DNA of 64,000 nucleotides from an uncultured Bdellovibrionales bacterium. GTDB taxonomy: Bacteria > Patescibacteriota > Minisyncoccia > Moranbacterales > UBA1568. Shown here piece by piece: positions 29,609 through 39,292 of this stretch (position 1 is its first letter; the number at the start of each line of letters is the position of its first letter). The position numbers and the translations under genes were made by a program. The notes beneath the pieces are model-generated. The model was not told the DNA's origin. It worked only from the letters and a program-made list of their open reading frames with translations, and did not search any database. The DNA lies in NCBI GenBank assembly GCA_964488025.1, contig CAZATJ010000002.1, positions 13,840 through 77,839 on the forward strand, given 5' to 3'.

Positions 29609-30709
29609 CTATTTTTTCATGAAAGTTTCCAGAGCTTTGGCATATTGCTTCGAAACGACTTCCCAATGGAAGTGCTCTTTGGTGTATACTCGTGCTCGCT
29701 TTGCTAGCTCATCACGTCTCTGGTCATCAGTGAGGAGCGCGGTGATAACCTGATTAAAAACCATGGAATTTTCTGATTCTACCAGAAGACCATTTTCATT
29801 GTTTATGATAGCATCCTTCAGACCTTCCAGTTCTGATGCCACGACGGGACGACCACAGGCAGCCGCTTCGATGACCGCGATGCCGAAGCCTTCCATATCT
29901 CCAGGAACGCTGATGTTGGGCTGGATGAAGATATCGGCCGTGTTCAGAAGCAGATTACGATCCTCATCGGAGATACGGCCGAGCATCTTGACCCGAGATG
30001 TCGCGCTGGTTTCCTGTATGGCGGCTCTGATGTTCTCTTCTTCTGGTCCGGCGCCGGCAAGGACATAGAGGACGGTTGGCGGCAGCTGCGGTAGTACTTC
30101 GCGGATAAACCAGACCGCTCCTTTGCGCTTCACCAATCGCCCGGCGGTCAACAGTACATACTTTCCGGCGAGATTCTCACCGAGGAGTTGTTCTAGGTCT
30201 GTTCTTGTATAGTTTCCTTGCAAAGCTTCGATATCGATGCCGTTGGGGATCACCATGATGTTCGCTTCGGGGATATTTTTCGCAATGGCAGCGGCACGAG
30301 TCTCCTTGCTGACAGCGATCAGTCCATCAAGTGATGGAAGGAATCGCTTCACCCAGAATGCCTGATAGAAATCATTCTTATAGAGGATATCGAGGCCGTG
30401 GATGATCGATACCACGGACTTTTTCGGATAAAAAAACTTGACGAGAGATCCGGTCAGAGAAAGGACTCCGTCACCCAAAAGGATGACGTCATAGCGGTGC
30501 GCGACAAAAAGTGTCCGTATGGTGACATATGGGATAAAATATAACAGCGCTTTCTTGCCGTGATGATTAGCAATCGTCGTGATCGAAGCAAAGCGTCCGA
30601 GCCAAATGGAAAGCGCGTAGTTCTGATTCTCAATGCCGCCGGTCACCGGAGGATACGCGCGGGAGATGAAGAGGATTTTCATTGATTCTGTCATTGTAAG
30701 ATCTTTCAT
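29609..30709 (-). CDS. GT4 family glycosyltransferase
   Basis: MKILFISRAYPPVTGGIE N-terminus and VIEAAACGRPVVASELEGLKDAI EX7E motif. Confidence 0.85.
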   Translation of the reverse strand: MKDLTMTESMKILFISRAYPPVTGGIENQNYALSIWLGRFASITTIANHHGKKALLYFIPYVTIRTLFVAHRYDVILLGDGVLSLTGSLVKFFYPKKSVVSIIHGLDILYKNDFYQAFWVKRFLPSLDGLIAVSKETRAAAIAKNIPEANIMVIPNGIDIEALQGNYTRTDLEQLLGENLAGKYVLLTAGRLVKRKGAVWFIREVLPQLPPTVLYVLAGAGPEEENIRAAIQETSATSRVKMLGRISDEDRNLLLNTADIFIQPNISVPGDMEGFGIAVIEAAACGRPVVASELEGLKDAIINNENGLLVESENSMVFNQVITALLTDDQRRDELAKRARVYTKEHFHWEVVSKQYAKALETFMKK

Positions 30710-30734
30710 CGAAGCTAAGGAAAGTGCTCGGATG

Positions 30735-31685
30735 TTATTTCTTGTATTTTTCGACTCGCATACGGTAGAGAATCTCTTCGTTGAGTGTCCTCGCTCCTTT
30801 CACCATATCCGCGATCAGGCCGAAAATGACCAGCTGGAGTCCGATCAGGAAGAGTATCGCTGAGGAAAGAAGGTAGTTTTTATACGGGGTGACCTTCATA
30901 TCCGGAAAATACAGACTGAAGAAAACGACTACCAATACCGCGGCGATAAGGACGAGTATTATTCCAGGAGTGGCGAAAAACTTCATCGGACGGATGTCTC
31001 GGAACGCTTTGATGATGATGCGCGCGCTGTTATTCACGTATTTCCAGATCGTTTTTACGACACGCGACTTGCGGCCTTCGAAATAGGTGACTTTTACCGG
31101 AACCCAGGTAAGTTTCAGATTTTTTCCGATAGCATCAATGATGGTTTCCTGGGTATAGGTGAAACCAGCAGGATCGTTCAGCCTGAGGAGTGTTTCACGA
31201 TTGTGACCGCGAAATCCGCATGTGAGGTCGACGACCGGCTTGCCCAAGGCACGACCAACAAGCCATGCTCCCAATCTATTGAGCTTGTCTTTTAGGAAGG
31301 GGATATTTTCGGCGGTGCTTTTAGAAAAACGATCCGCGATGACCATATCCGCCTGGTGAGCGAGAATCGGATCGATGATTTTCTGGATATCGTTCGGGTC
31401 GAATTGTCCATCCGCGTCGATATTGACGAGGATGTCAGCACCATTTTCCAAGGCGCTTTCGCGAGCTGTCCGAAACATCACGCCGAGACCGCGATTGCCG
31501 TCATGGGAAACAATGATATCGGCACCGCCTGTACGAGCTTCTTCCACTGTACGATCCACTGACCCGTCATCAATGATCTGCACGAGCACCTCGTCTATAC
31601 CGTTGAAGGTACGTGGAATCCTGCTGATGGTATTCCGTATCTTGGCTTCTTCATTGAAGGCTGGGAGATTGACGATGAGACGCAT
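30735..31685 (-). CDS. GT2 polyprenyl-phosphate glycosyltransferase (DPM1/GtrB-like) with C-terminal TM helices
   Basis: LIVNLPAFNEE, IIDDGSVDRT, NIDADGQFDP (DXD), C-terminal double TM. Confidence 0.85.
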   Translation of the reverse strand: MRLIVNLPAFNEEAKIRNTISRIPRTFNGIDEVLVQIIDDGSVDRTVEEARTGGADIIVSHDGNRGLGVMFRTARESALENGADILVNIDADGQFDPNDIQKIIDPILAHQADMVIADRFSKSTAENIPFLKDKLNRLGAWLVGRALGKPVVDLTCGFRGHNRETLLRLNDPAGFTYTQETIIDAIGKNLKLTWVPVKVTYFEGRKSRVVKTIWKYVNNSARIIIKAFRDIRPMKFFATPGIILVLIAAVLVVVFFSLYFPDMKVTPYKNYLLSSAILFLIGLQLVIFGLIADMVKGARTLNEEILYRMRVEKYKK

Positions 31686-31813
31686 AATATAATTAGGTAT
31701 TCAAAATTATTTAAAGTTCGCGGGGATTCTTTCGGATCTTTGTCGGGAAGGCAGGAAAGAAGGAGACCCACAAGGCAAAGAATCATTTTTTACTACATAT
31801 ATCTTATTTGAAA

Positions 31814-32095
31814 TCAATTATTCTTCCCCGTCTCGGTGTCCATTGTACCATCTTTTTCCTGTTTCTCGATAATCAGCTTCGGATCGACGCATTTCCAGTC
31901 GCAGGTCTCCTTCGCGCCATCGAGCCCGTTTTTGAGGAGATCTTTGCGGCACGCCGTGAGTTGTTCCTGGCAGACCGCCTTGCGTTCATCGAAGTAGTTC
32001 AGGTTTATCGCGTAACCGAAATGGGGCAGCGCGAAATAAGCGATGACCGTCACGCCGGCAAGCCAGATGATGATTTTGAGGAGGGAAAAAATCAT
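31814..32095 (-). CDS. small membrane-anchored Cys-containing protein
   Basis: 93 aa, N-terminal TM helix and 4 Cys in the soluble part. No family. Confidence 0.3.
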   Translation of the reverse strand: MIFSLLKIIIWLAGVTVIAYFALPHFGYAINLNYFDERKAVCQEQLTACRKDLLKNGLDGAKETCDWKCVDPKLIIEKQEKDGTMDTETGKNN

Positions 32096-32169
32096 ATCAG
32101 CGAACAGTTAACGATTGACGTTTGACGAAAAACGGCCGGTAATCTATATATTGCCGACTATCGGTTTGG

Positions 32170-33456
32170 TTATCGTCCGATACCCCTGTAAATGATTCCA
32201 GATCTGAAGAAGGATTCTTTGTCGAGGCAGTTTTTTCCGTCGACGACGGCCTTAATCCCGTGTTTTTTGAGGAGTGCCGGCGTGAGAACTTCTTTGAATT
32301 CCTTGTGATCCGTAGCGATGACCAGTGCCTGGGATTTTTTGAGTATGGCCTCGAGAGACTTCATCGTGGAGAGTCTTTTGACGTGGGGATCGAATGTTTC
32401 GACTTTGCATCCGTGATCTTTGAGGTGTTCGATGATGATCAGTGCCGGCGATTCACGCAGGTCGTCGATGTTGGCTTTATACGAAAGGCCGAGTACGCCG
32501 ACGACAGTATCTTTCATAGCCATCCGTTTCTCATTGAGCGCGTCCTGAAGACGTTCTACGGTGTACGCGGGCATCGCTTCATTGGTTTCGATGGCGTGCT
32601 TCAGGAAACCATGGTTGAATCCTGATTCTTTGGCTCGCTCGATAAGGTAGTGTGGATCGACGGGAATACAGTGCCCACCGACACCGCAGGACGGATAGTG
32701 TTTCATAAAGGCGAACGGCTTGGTGCCGGCTCCATCGATGACGTCCTTCACGTCGATACCGAGCCTGTCGAACGACATCGCGATTTCATTGATGAAAGCG
32801 ATGTTGATATTACGGAATGAATTCTCGAGAATCTTGGTCGCTTCCGCCTCGCGTATCGATTTCATCGGCCGAATCTCGGCATCGATGACGGAACGATAGA
32901 ACTGGAGGGACATATCGAGACCTTTTTTCTCAAATGATCCGACGACGCGGGGGATGTTAGTGACGTTCCATTTCGGATCGCCGGGGTTGATGCGCTCCGG
33001 ACAGTGCGAGATGAAGATGTCTTTGCCGATGACGAATCCGTGCTTTTCGAATATCGGACGGACGATCTCTTCGGAAACATACGGATTGACCGTGGATTCA
33101 AGGATAATGAGCGAGCCTTTTTTGCAATTCTGCGCGACAATCGTCGAAGCGTCGATGACGGGTACGAGGTCGGGGTGGTGCAGTCGATCGACCGGTGTCG
33201 GTACGCAGATGATGTGGATATCGGCAGGTGTGATGTCTTTCGGATCGTTCGTCACCTTGAACGGATATTTCAGAAGGTTTTCCTTGAGAAAATCATCCTT
33301 AAAGATATGATCGCCTCTTTTCAGCAGAGCCACCTTTTCCTTGTCGATATCGAAACCGATGACGTCATAACCTCTCTCTTTGGCACGTACCGCGAGCGGG
33401 AGTCCGACATATCCGAGTCCGATAACTGATACTGTCTTGAAGTCGTATTTGACCAT
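32170..33456 (-). CDS. nucleotide-sugar 6-dehydrogenase (WecC/TviB-like UDP-N-acetyl-hexosamine dehydrogenase family)
   Basis: VIGLGYVGLPLAV Rossmann motif, CPERINPGD, GVGGHCIPVDP catalytic Cys block. Confidence 0.85.
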   Translation of the reverse strand: MVKYDFKTVSVIGLGYVGLPLAVRAKERGYDVIGFDIDKEKVALLKRGDHIFKDDFLKENLLKYPFKVTNDPKDITPADIHIICVPTPVDRLHHPDLVPVIDASTIVAQNCKKGSLIILESTVNPYVSEEIVRPIFEKHGFVIGKDIFISHCPERINPGDPKWNVTNIPRVVGSFEKKGLDMSLQFYRSVIDAEIRPMKSIREAEATKILENSFRNINIAFINEIAMSFDRLGIDVKDVIDGAGTKPFAFMKHYPSCGVGGHCIPVDPHYLIERAKESGFNHGFLKHAIETNEAMPAYTVERLQDALNEKRMAMKDTVVGVLGLSYKANIDDLRESPALIIIEHLKDHGCKVETFDPHVKRLSTMKSLEAILKKSQALVIATDHKEFKEVLTPALLKKHGIKAVVDGKNCLDKESFFRSGIIYRGIGR

Positions 33457-33533
33457 AGCAAAGCCTTATACTAAGTAATTAACAATTGTTTCTATTGTAG
33501 AGAAAATCGCTGTTTTTGGCAAACATCTGCTAT

Positions 33534-33646
33534 TGACTTTATCTATTTTTTATGCTATCATATGCAGTCAGTATAGATTTTACTGATATAGGTACGTAGT
33601 CCTTGAACAATTTATTTTTTGGTCTAGTGACCAGAAGGAGTAAATC
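33534..33646 (+). promoter_or_regulatory. promoter (TTGACT-16-TATCAT) plus conserved 5' leader, copy 1
   Basis: About 75 nt is near-identical to 34496-34570. The hairpin TCAGTAtagatttTACTGA starts about 7 nt after the -10 box. Confidence 0.55.
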
Positions 33647-34372
33647 ATGACAAACGCTTTTGAAAGACAGGTCCGTTCACTCTATTCATTAGGAGCGACG
33701 ATTCGTCCAGAACACAGCGCCTGGCTAAGCCCACCTTGCAAAAGTCATTTCGTGACCGTGGTGGGCGGAGACGGTGACTTCGCGTATTCAATCATCGAAT
33801 GGCTGATCGAGTATGTGGGCGTGCCAGCCGAACAGATTGTTTTTGTCAGTCATCTCAGCGCTTATCCGAGTTTGAGCGAGGGATATTTTCAAGGCCACTT
33901 CATTGGTGAGAATGCTGACGATGAAGGGAGAGTGGTACGGCAACAAAAGTACGAGAATGTCACTCGACTCAATTCTCTGGGTGGATACTGTATCAATTAT
34001 TACACCGATGACTTGCAGTATCAGCCGGTTCGGGGTACCCATCTGGCTATTATCGCTCTTTCGAAAGGGATCAATTCGATCGATCGTGTGACGTCACCGG
34101 AACCAATTCCAAATTTGGAGAGTGATGATCCGGTCTTCCAACAGCAATACAAGGAGTGGGAAGACAAGATGAAGACGCGTTTTCTTTTGGCGGGCGCCCA
34201 TGACGCCAATGCCAGAATGGATCTGATGCGAGTGCAAGGCGAGCTTACTTCACTGGGTGTTACTACGACAACAGTCGTGGACACGGAGAACTGGCTTCCG
34301 CAGCAGATTTGGCTGAAAGCGCTGTTTGAATGCTACGCATCTCTTTGGAAGCCGGTTTTGCTAGACAAATGA
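33647..34372 (+). CDS. hypothetical protein
   Basis: 241-aa ORF with AAGGAG RBS. No family recognised. Confidence 0.45.
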   Translation: MTNAFERQVRSLYSLGATIRPEHSAWLSPPCKSHFVTVVGGDGDFAYSIIEWLIEYVGVPAEQIVFVSHLSAYPSLSEGYFQGHFIGENADDEGRVVRQQKYENVTRLNSLGGYCINYYTDDLQYQPVRGTHLAIIALSKGINSIDRVTSPEPIPNLESDDPVFQQQYKEWEDKMKTRFLLAGAHDANARMDLMRVQGELTSLGVTTTTVVDTENWLPQQIWLKALFECYASLWKPVLLDK

Positions 34373-34484
34373 AGGGTCGGGACTGACTCTATGGATTGTC
34401 GCCTGGGAACTCACGGGTTCTCAGGCTTTTTTTATGCTTTTTTACAATCATATCCCTTATTTAAGCCAATATCAGTAAAATACC

Positions 34485-34598
34485 CTTGACCATAACTCTT
34501 TTTTATGCTATCATATACAGTCAGCATAGATTTTGCTGATACGGGTACGTAGTCCTTGAACAATTTATTACCCCTTTTGAAGGGGAGAGAGGCAGAAA
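34485..34598 (+). promoter_or_regulatory. promoter (TTGACC-18-TATCAT) plus conserved 5' leader, copy 2
   Basis: Hairpin TCAGCAtagatttTGCTGA shows a compensatory U-A to C-G change versus copy 1. A second hairpin CCCCTTttgAAGGGG abuts the RBS. Confidence 0.55.
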
Positions 34599-35372
34599 AT
34601 GAAGATCAATATGTTTTCCCCCGTATACAACGTGGTAAAACCGGTCGCTCATCTCATCGAAGAATTTGCAGACGTGGCGCTGATGCTTTTGGCGCGTGGT
34701 CATGAATTGAGCGTCTTGCTCATCAATGACAATTCGACTGACGGCACCGCTGAGGTGATTGATGCAGCCAGCAAGAAATATGACTGGCTCGAAGTTCGGC
34801 ACAATGAAAAGAATCTTGGCAATGCCGGCAATATCCTCGCCGGCTATCTCTGGGGTGCGAACTCTAATGCTGACATCGTTGGTTGTATGGATGCTGATGG
34901 TGAGCATTCACCATACGCTTTGATCCGCCACCTCGGCATGATCGAACGCGGTGAATGCGATGGCGTGGCAGGTAGTATTATTTTTCCTGATCACGACGCC
35001 AACCACCACGACCGTAACATGATGCGTTTCTGGGGTGGCATGCAAGCCGCCATGGCCGGCGTCGACGGAATGTTCTATATCCAGTCACCCGGCTATAACC
35101 TCCATCAGCGTCACCGTGTGGCTCAAGCGTTGGAACTCTTCGAGAAATATCAGCAGTTTTTCGCTGAAAATACATCGGAGGCGTTTCCTCGGTGGGGATT
35201 GCACGGCGTGATGATTCATCTCCTCGCTGTCGGAACGGGCGCTCATATCAAGGCCGTTTATCTGGAATGTTTCGGTCATTCGCCGAATCGTACGCCGGAC
35301 AAGCTGCTCTTGCAGGCGAACGCGGCCAATATCCACACCGTGATGCTGGGCAAATTTCTGCCGAAGAAGTAA
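34599..35372 (+). CDS. soluble GT2 family glycosyltransferase
   Basis: FSPVYNVV, LINDNSTDGT, MDADGEH (DXD). No TM segment. Confidence 0.6.
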   Translation: MKINMFSPVYNVVKPVAHLIEEFADVALMLLARGHELSVLLINDNSTDGTAEVIDAASKKYDWLEVRHNEKNLGNAGNILAGYLWGANSNADIVGCMDADGEHSPYALIRHLGMIERGECDGVAGSIIFPDHDANHHDRNMMRFWGGMQAAMAGVDGMFYIQSPGYNLHQRHRVAQALELFEKYQQFFAENTSEAFPRWGLHGVMIHLLAVGTGAHIKAVYLECFGHSPNRTPDKLLLQANAANIHTVMLGKFLPKK

Positions 35373-35378
35373 ACAAGT

Positions 35379-35393
35379 CCTTACAGCGTAAGG
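35379..35393 (+). repeat. stop-proximal hairpin CCTTACagcGTAAGG within the AAGTCCTT family motif
   Basis: 8 nt after the stop of 34599-35372. A paralogous hairpin lies at 35721-35735. Confidence 0.5.
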
Positions 35394-35421
35394 TAATCCA
35401 ACACAGAGAAGGAGTCATGAA

Positions 35422-35712
35422 ATGACCAATAGCAGGATTTCGTTGACTGAAATGGGAAGAATTGACCTCAATCATCGATTTGGGCAGATCATGCTCTTTG
35501 CAGGATTCCTGGTGATGTTCTTCCTCGGAGCCTTCGGTCTGATTGCCTTGATCTGGAGTCATTGCGTAGGCAATCCGATGGAAAGCTGGGTAACACAATG
35601 TACCTGGGGTTTCGCCCTCTTGATCGCATTGGATGCGCGCTTTGAAGAGTACTGGTACCAAAAAGTCTTGACAGGTTACAGAGAAGGGGTGATACCTTTC
35701 GAGTTCGATTGA
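35422..35712 (+). CDS. small two-TM membrane protein
   Basis: 96 aa with two hydrophobic helices. Confidence 0.4.
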   Translation: MTNSRISLTEMGRIDLNHRFGQIMLFAGFLVMFFLGAFGLIALIWSHCVGNPMESWVTQCTWGFALLIALDARFEEYWYQKVLTGYREGVIPFEFD

Positions 35713-35720
35713 TAGCAAGT

Positions 35721-35735
35721 CCTTGCATCGCAAGG
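35721..35735 (+). repeat. stop-proximal hairpin CCTTGCatcGCAAGG (AAGTCCTT family)
   Basis: 8 nt after the stop at 35712. Same architecture as 35379-35393. Confidence 0.5.
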
Positions 35736-36000
35736 CAACAGCAGGGAAGGGATGTAAAAATCCCGACCCTGTTTTTTCTTTGCTTGAAAATAAGTGTACA
35801 ATGAAAAGGTAAACCTTTGATGAAAAAATATAGAAATTGCTTTCGAGAATCCTGCCCGATCTATAGAAAAAAAGAGTCACGAACAACAGGAACAGAAAAC
35901 GAAAATTGTCGTGATGCTCGGCGCGCGTTTTTTTCAAGAAGGAAAAGGTGATGGTCGTTCTCCTAGATTTCCTCTTATCCTCGACTCTCAAAAGGAGGGT

Positions 36001-36705
36001 ATGGCGAAAGAAGTGGTGGGTGGCGACTCGCGGATGCGCGCTCTGCAGCAGCTGTATGAAGAGTATCTCAAAGAGAATCGCAGCTCAGAACAGAATTTCA
36101 AGATATTCACGACAGGTGGGATCGAGAAGATCCAGACTGATTTTGAGGTCTTGGAACTCTCCCGTGCGGAAGAGGCCAAGAAAAAACTTTCTGAAAAATA
36201 CGGACTTCCAGAAGAAATAGTACAGGCGCTTCCCTCGAGTGGTTCAACACTGGGAAATGCCGCAGCCTTGGCAAAATGGATCAATCAGCACCTTGAAACA
36301 ATCGGTGATGTGCACGATATCGAGATCATCACCAATGAGTTTCATATCACGAGAGCGTGGGTTATGTTTGCAACCGCGTTTTATAAGAATGAGTATGGGA
36401 GAAATCTTGAATTAGACCCTGAAGATGTGAGAAGTATAGAGGCTATACTTGATAGCACGCTCGCAGACACAAAGAACGGCGATAAAAATGCCCTCCATCA
36501 AATTCAGGAAATCTACGAAAAATATTTAAAAAATCTCTCTATCAAAGTAAACCCTCTTATCGTAGAAGACATTCTTGCGCGAAGAGGGGAGTCCGGTGAG
36601 AAATATGCCGAACGTATCCGAGGAAATAAATTTGTTTTGGCTACACGGGAGATGGAACGAAATGGGATAAAAGATCTGATACATGGACGATACCAGGTGA
36701 AATAG
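36001..36705 (+). CDS. DUF218/YdcF-like (SanA/ElyC family) protein
   Basis: GSTLGNAAALAKWI and IITNEFHITRAWVMF (YH..RA-like) blocks. AAGGAGG lies immediately upstream of the 36001 ATG. Confidence 0.5.
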   Translation: MAKEVVGGDSRMRALQQLYEEYLKENRSSEQNFKIFTTGGIEKIQTDFEVLELSRAEEAKKKLSEKYGLPEEIVQALPSSGSTLGNAAALAKWINQHLETIGDVHDIEIITNEFHITRAWVMFATAFYKNEYGRNLELDPEDVRSIEAILDSTLADTKNGDKNALHQIQEIYEKYLKNLSIKVNPLIVEDILARRGESGEKYAERIRGNKFVLATREMERNGIKDLIHGRYQVK

Positions 36706-36760
36706 TGCTGGTATAAGCGGTTTTTACTACGTTTCCTCGTCAATACCTTTGCATCACTTG

Positions 36761-36789
36761 AGAGGGTGTATTGACATAGCTACTTATCT
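36761..36789 (+). promoter_or_regulatory. sigma70-like promoter TTGACA-17-TATGAT
   Basis: ttgacatagctacttatctgtgctatgat, about 65 nt upstream of the EamA-like gene. Confidence 0.5.
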
Positions 36790-36853
36790 GTGCTATGATT
36801 CAATGTCAAAATAAAAGGATATACTGTGTACATTACCAACTGAGGAGAAAGCT

Positions 36854-37756
36854 ATGAACTGGATATTACTCGCTGTTCTTGGCGCATTTGCACAGGCACT
36901 TGGTGCGGCGGTCAAGAAAAAGGCATTGCAGACGCCGGGGATGAATAACGTCATCGGCTTCATGTCGTTCGTGGCAGCCGGGATATTTTTCTTGGTACTG
37001 ATGTTTGTCACGGGGTCGACGTGGCCAGAGGATCTGTCTCCTTCATTTTTGCAGGCGATGTTCTGGTACGCAGGACTCAATATCATCGCGGTATGGTTTT
37101 TGTATAAGGCGCTCGATATCGCCGAGCTCAATTATCTGATGCCGTTTATGGTACTGACGAGTCTGTCAATGATTGTTCCGCCGATGATCATACTGGGGGA
37201 GATCCCTTCGCCGGGAAGTTTCCTTGGTATCATCATCATCGTGATCGGGGTTTTGTGGATGAATTATTCCCCGAAGAAAGACCTTTCTCTCGAGGATGAG
37301 AGACGCAAGCGCGACAATCGTCGAGGACTGCTGTATTTCCTGGCGACAGCGGCATGTTTTACAGTAGCGCCGACGGCAGCAAAGATCACCGTGCAAGAAA
37401 CTTCGGTGTTATTCGCATCAATGGTCGTACACCTATTGATCGGGTGCGGCTTCTTGGTCATAGCACTTATCGCCGGAGAACTCAAAAAAGTTTCGGCGGT
37501 CGTAAGAGGTGGGAAATTCGCCGGACTACGAAATGGTATCCTGCTCGCGGGAGTGGCGATTGTCATCGAGAATGGGAGTATCAATGCCGCACTTGAGATG
37601 GCGCCAGTCGCGTCGGTAATGGCGATCAAACGGCTTATGCCATTCTTCGCCTTTCTCATTGGTTACTTCTATTTCAAGGAGCAGACCGATGTGAGGAAAA
37701 AACTCCTGGCGACAGCACTACTCATCGCTGGGGCCGTATTGGTCACGATATTTTAA
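36854..37756 (+). CDS. EamA/DMT family transporter
   Basis: 300 aa, 10 TM helices in two 5-TM halves. Confidence 0.55.
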   Translation: MNWILLAVLGAFAQALGAAVKKKALQTPGMNNVIGFMSFVAAGIFFLVLMFVTGSTWPEDLSPSFLQAMFWYAGLNIIAVWFLYKALDIAELNYLMPFMVLTSLSMIVPPMIILGEIPSPGSFLGIIIIVIGVLWMNYSPKKDLSLEDERRKRDNRRGLLYFLATAACFTVAPTAAKITVQETSVLFASMVVHLLIGCGFLVIALIAGELKKVSAVVRGGKFAGLRNGILLAGVAIVIENGSINAALEMAPVASVMAIKRLMPFFAFLIGYFYFKEQTDVRKKLLATALLIAGAVLVTIF

Positions 37757-37772
37757 CCAGTGGAGGTGTCCC

Positions 37773-38057
37773 ATGAACTTGAAAGCCGTCAAAAAAAATA
37801 GTATTCTCTCGGCCCAGCAGTTTGATCATCTAGTCGCCTATACAGGCGCCTATGATGTGTCTGTTGTAACGGTCATCGAGAAACTCACTGAAATGCGTGC
37901 GGTGGTATGTGCAAGCATCGGTAGCGTTTCTACGGCTATCGAAATGGACGGTATCGATGAATGTACCAGCGCATACGACAAGCTAATACAGGCCTTGAAG
38001 AACAAGGAAGTTTCAGCACAGGACTTGGCAACGCTCAAGACCTTACTACAAAACTAA
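37773..38057 (+). CDS. hypothetical small protein
   Basis: 94-aa ORF with no recognisable family. Confidence 0.3.
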   Translation: MNLKAVKKNSILSAQQFDHLVAYTGAYDVSVVTVIEKLTEMRAVVCASIGSVSTAIEMDGIDECTSAYDKLIQALKNKEVSAQDLATLKTLLQN

Positions 38058-38083
38058 TCTTTCACGTCGATGCTTGTATTGAA

Positions 38084-38124
38084 CTGGGTTCCAACTGTTA
38101 AGTATTGGACCCAGCTTTTTTTTT
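38084..38124 (+). terminator. intrinsic terminator
   Basis: ctgggttccaa..ttggacccag stem followed by ctttttttttt. Confidence 0.7.
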
Positions 38125-38157
38125 ACTTAAATATTGCTGTGATATACTGAAAACACT

Positions 38158-39288
38158 ATGAACATCGGTATCAATGCTTCATTTTTACGGAAGCCTGGCA
38201 CGGGGATTGGTCAGGTAACTTTCAGTTTTTTGGAAAAATTGAAAGAGCTTCCGACGTCTGATGAGTTCTTCATCTATACGGAAGAGGAATATCCGGAAAT
38301 AGGGTATCCCAAGCATTTTCATTTTAGGAACTTTCTTCCGTTTTGGAAACGGGACGATTTGATTCGTAAGTGGCTTTGGGAGCGACAAGTAGCAAGAGAA
38401 GCGAAAAAAGACGGGTGCGATGTATTTCTCAGTCTGTACCAAACAACCACGATTTTTCCGGCGGCTTTTCATCACGTCATGGTGGTACACGATATCATTC
38501 CGAGACTTTTTCCTGAGTATCGTGGAAACATGCGCCAAAAATGGTACTGGCAGGTGGTGGAGCGGGGAATTCGTCAGGCTAACCACATTATTACCATTTC
38601 TGAGGCGACCAAGAAAGATTTGCTTGGGTTCGGTATCGTTCCCGAAAGGATAACCGTTGCGTATCCGGATACCGCTTCGATATTCAAACGGATACCTTCC
38701 AAAGAAGAAGAACAGCGAGTTTTGGAAAAATATTCTCTTAAGCCGGGCTATATCTATCATGGCGGGGGACTTGAGATTCGGAAAAATACGGCTGGACTCC
38801 TCCACGCTTATAAGCAATTAGTGGATCATAATCAGACTGTTCCGCCACTCGTTATTTCCGGAAAGATTTTTTCGGAACAAAATCCGCTCGCAACGCCAGT
38901 AAGAAAAATGGTGCGGGAACTTGGACTGGAGAAGCAAGTACAGCTTCTTGATTTCGTCCCGGAAACGGATTTGCCGACCCTCTATAAAAACGCACTCTTT
39001 TTTATTTACCCGTCTTTTTATGAGGGGTTCGGTTTACCGGTACTCGAGGCGATTTGTATGGGCACACCGGTGCTCGTTTCTGATACCTCTTCGCTTCGGG
39101 AAGTGGCGGGGGAAGCAGCGCTTTACATCGATCCGCACAGCATCGATTCCATAGCATCCGGCATGTCGCGAGTCATAGCTGATGCTTCTCTCTTGGAACC
39201 TTTGCGGAGGGCGACGCAGGGCGGACAGGAACGCTTTAGTTGGCAGAGGTTTGTAGAAGCTGTGATCCATTCTTTGAAGGAAAGATAA
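38158..39288 (+). CDS. GT4 family glycosyltransferase
   Basis: EGFGLPVLEAICMGTPVLVSDTSSLREVAG EX7E block. Confidence 0.85.
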   Translation: MNIGINASFLRKPGTGIGQVTFSFLEKLKELPTSDEFFIYTEEEYPEIGYPKHFHFRNFLPFWKRDDLIRKWLWERQVAREAKKDGCDVFLSLYQTTTIFPAAFHHVMVVHDIIPRLFPEYRGNMRQKWYWQVVERGIRQANHIITISEATKKDLLGFGIVPERITVAYPDTASIFKRIPSKEEEQRVLEKYSLKPGYIYHGGGLEIRKNTAGLLHAYKQLVDHNQTVPPLVISGKIFSEQNPLATPVRKMVRELGLEKQVQLLDFVPETDLPTLYKNALFFIYPSFYEGFGLPVLEAICMGTPVLVSDTSSLREVAGEAALYIDPHSIDSIASGMSRVIADASLLEPLRRATQGGQERFSWQRFVEAVIHSLKER

Positions 39289-39292
39289 GCAT

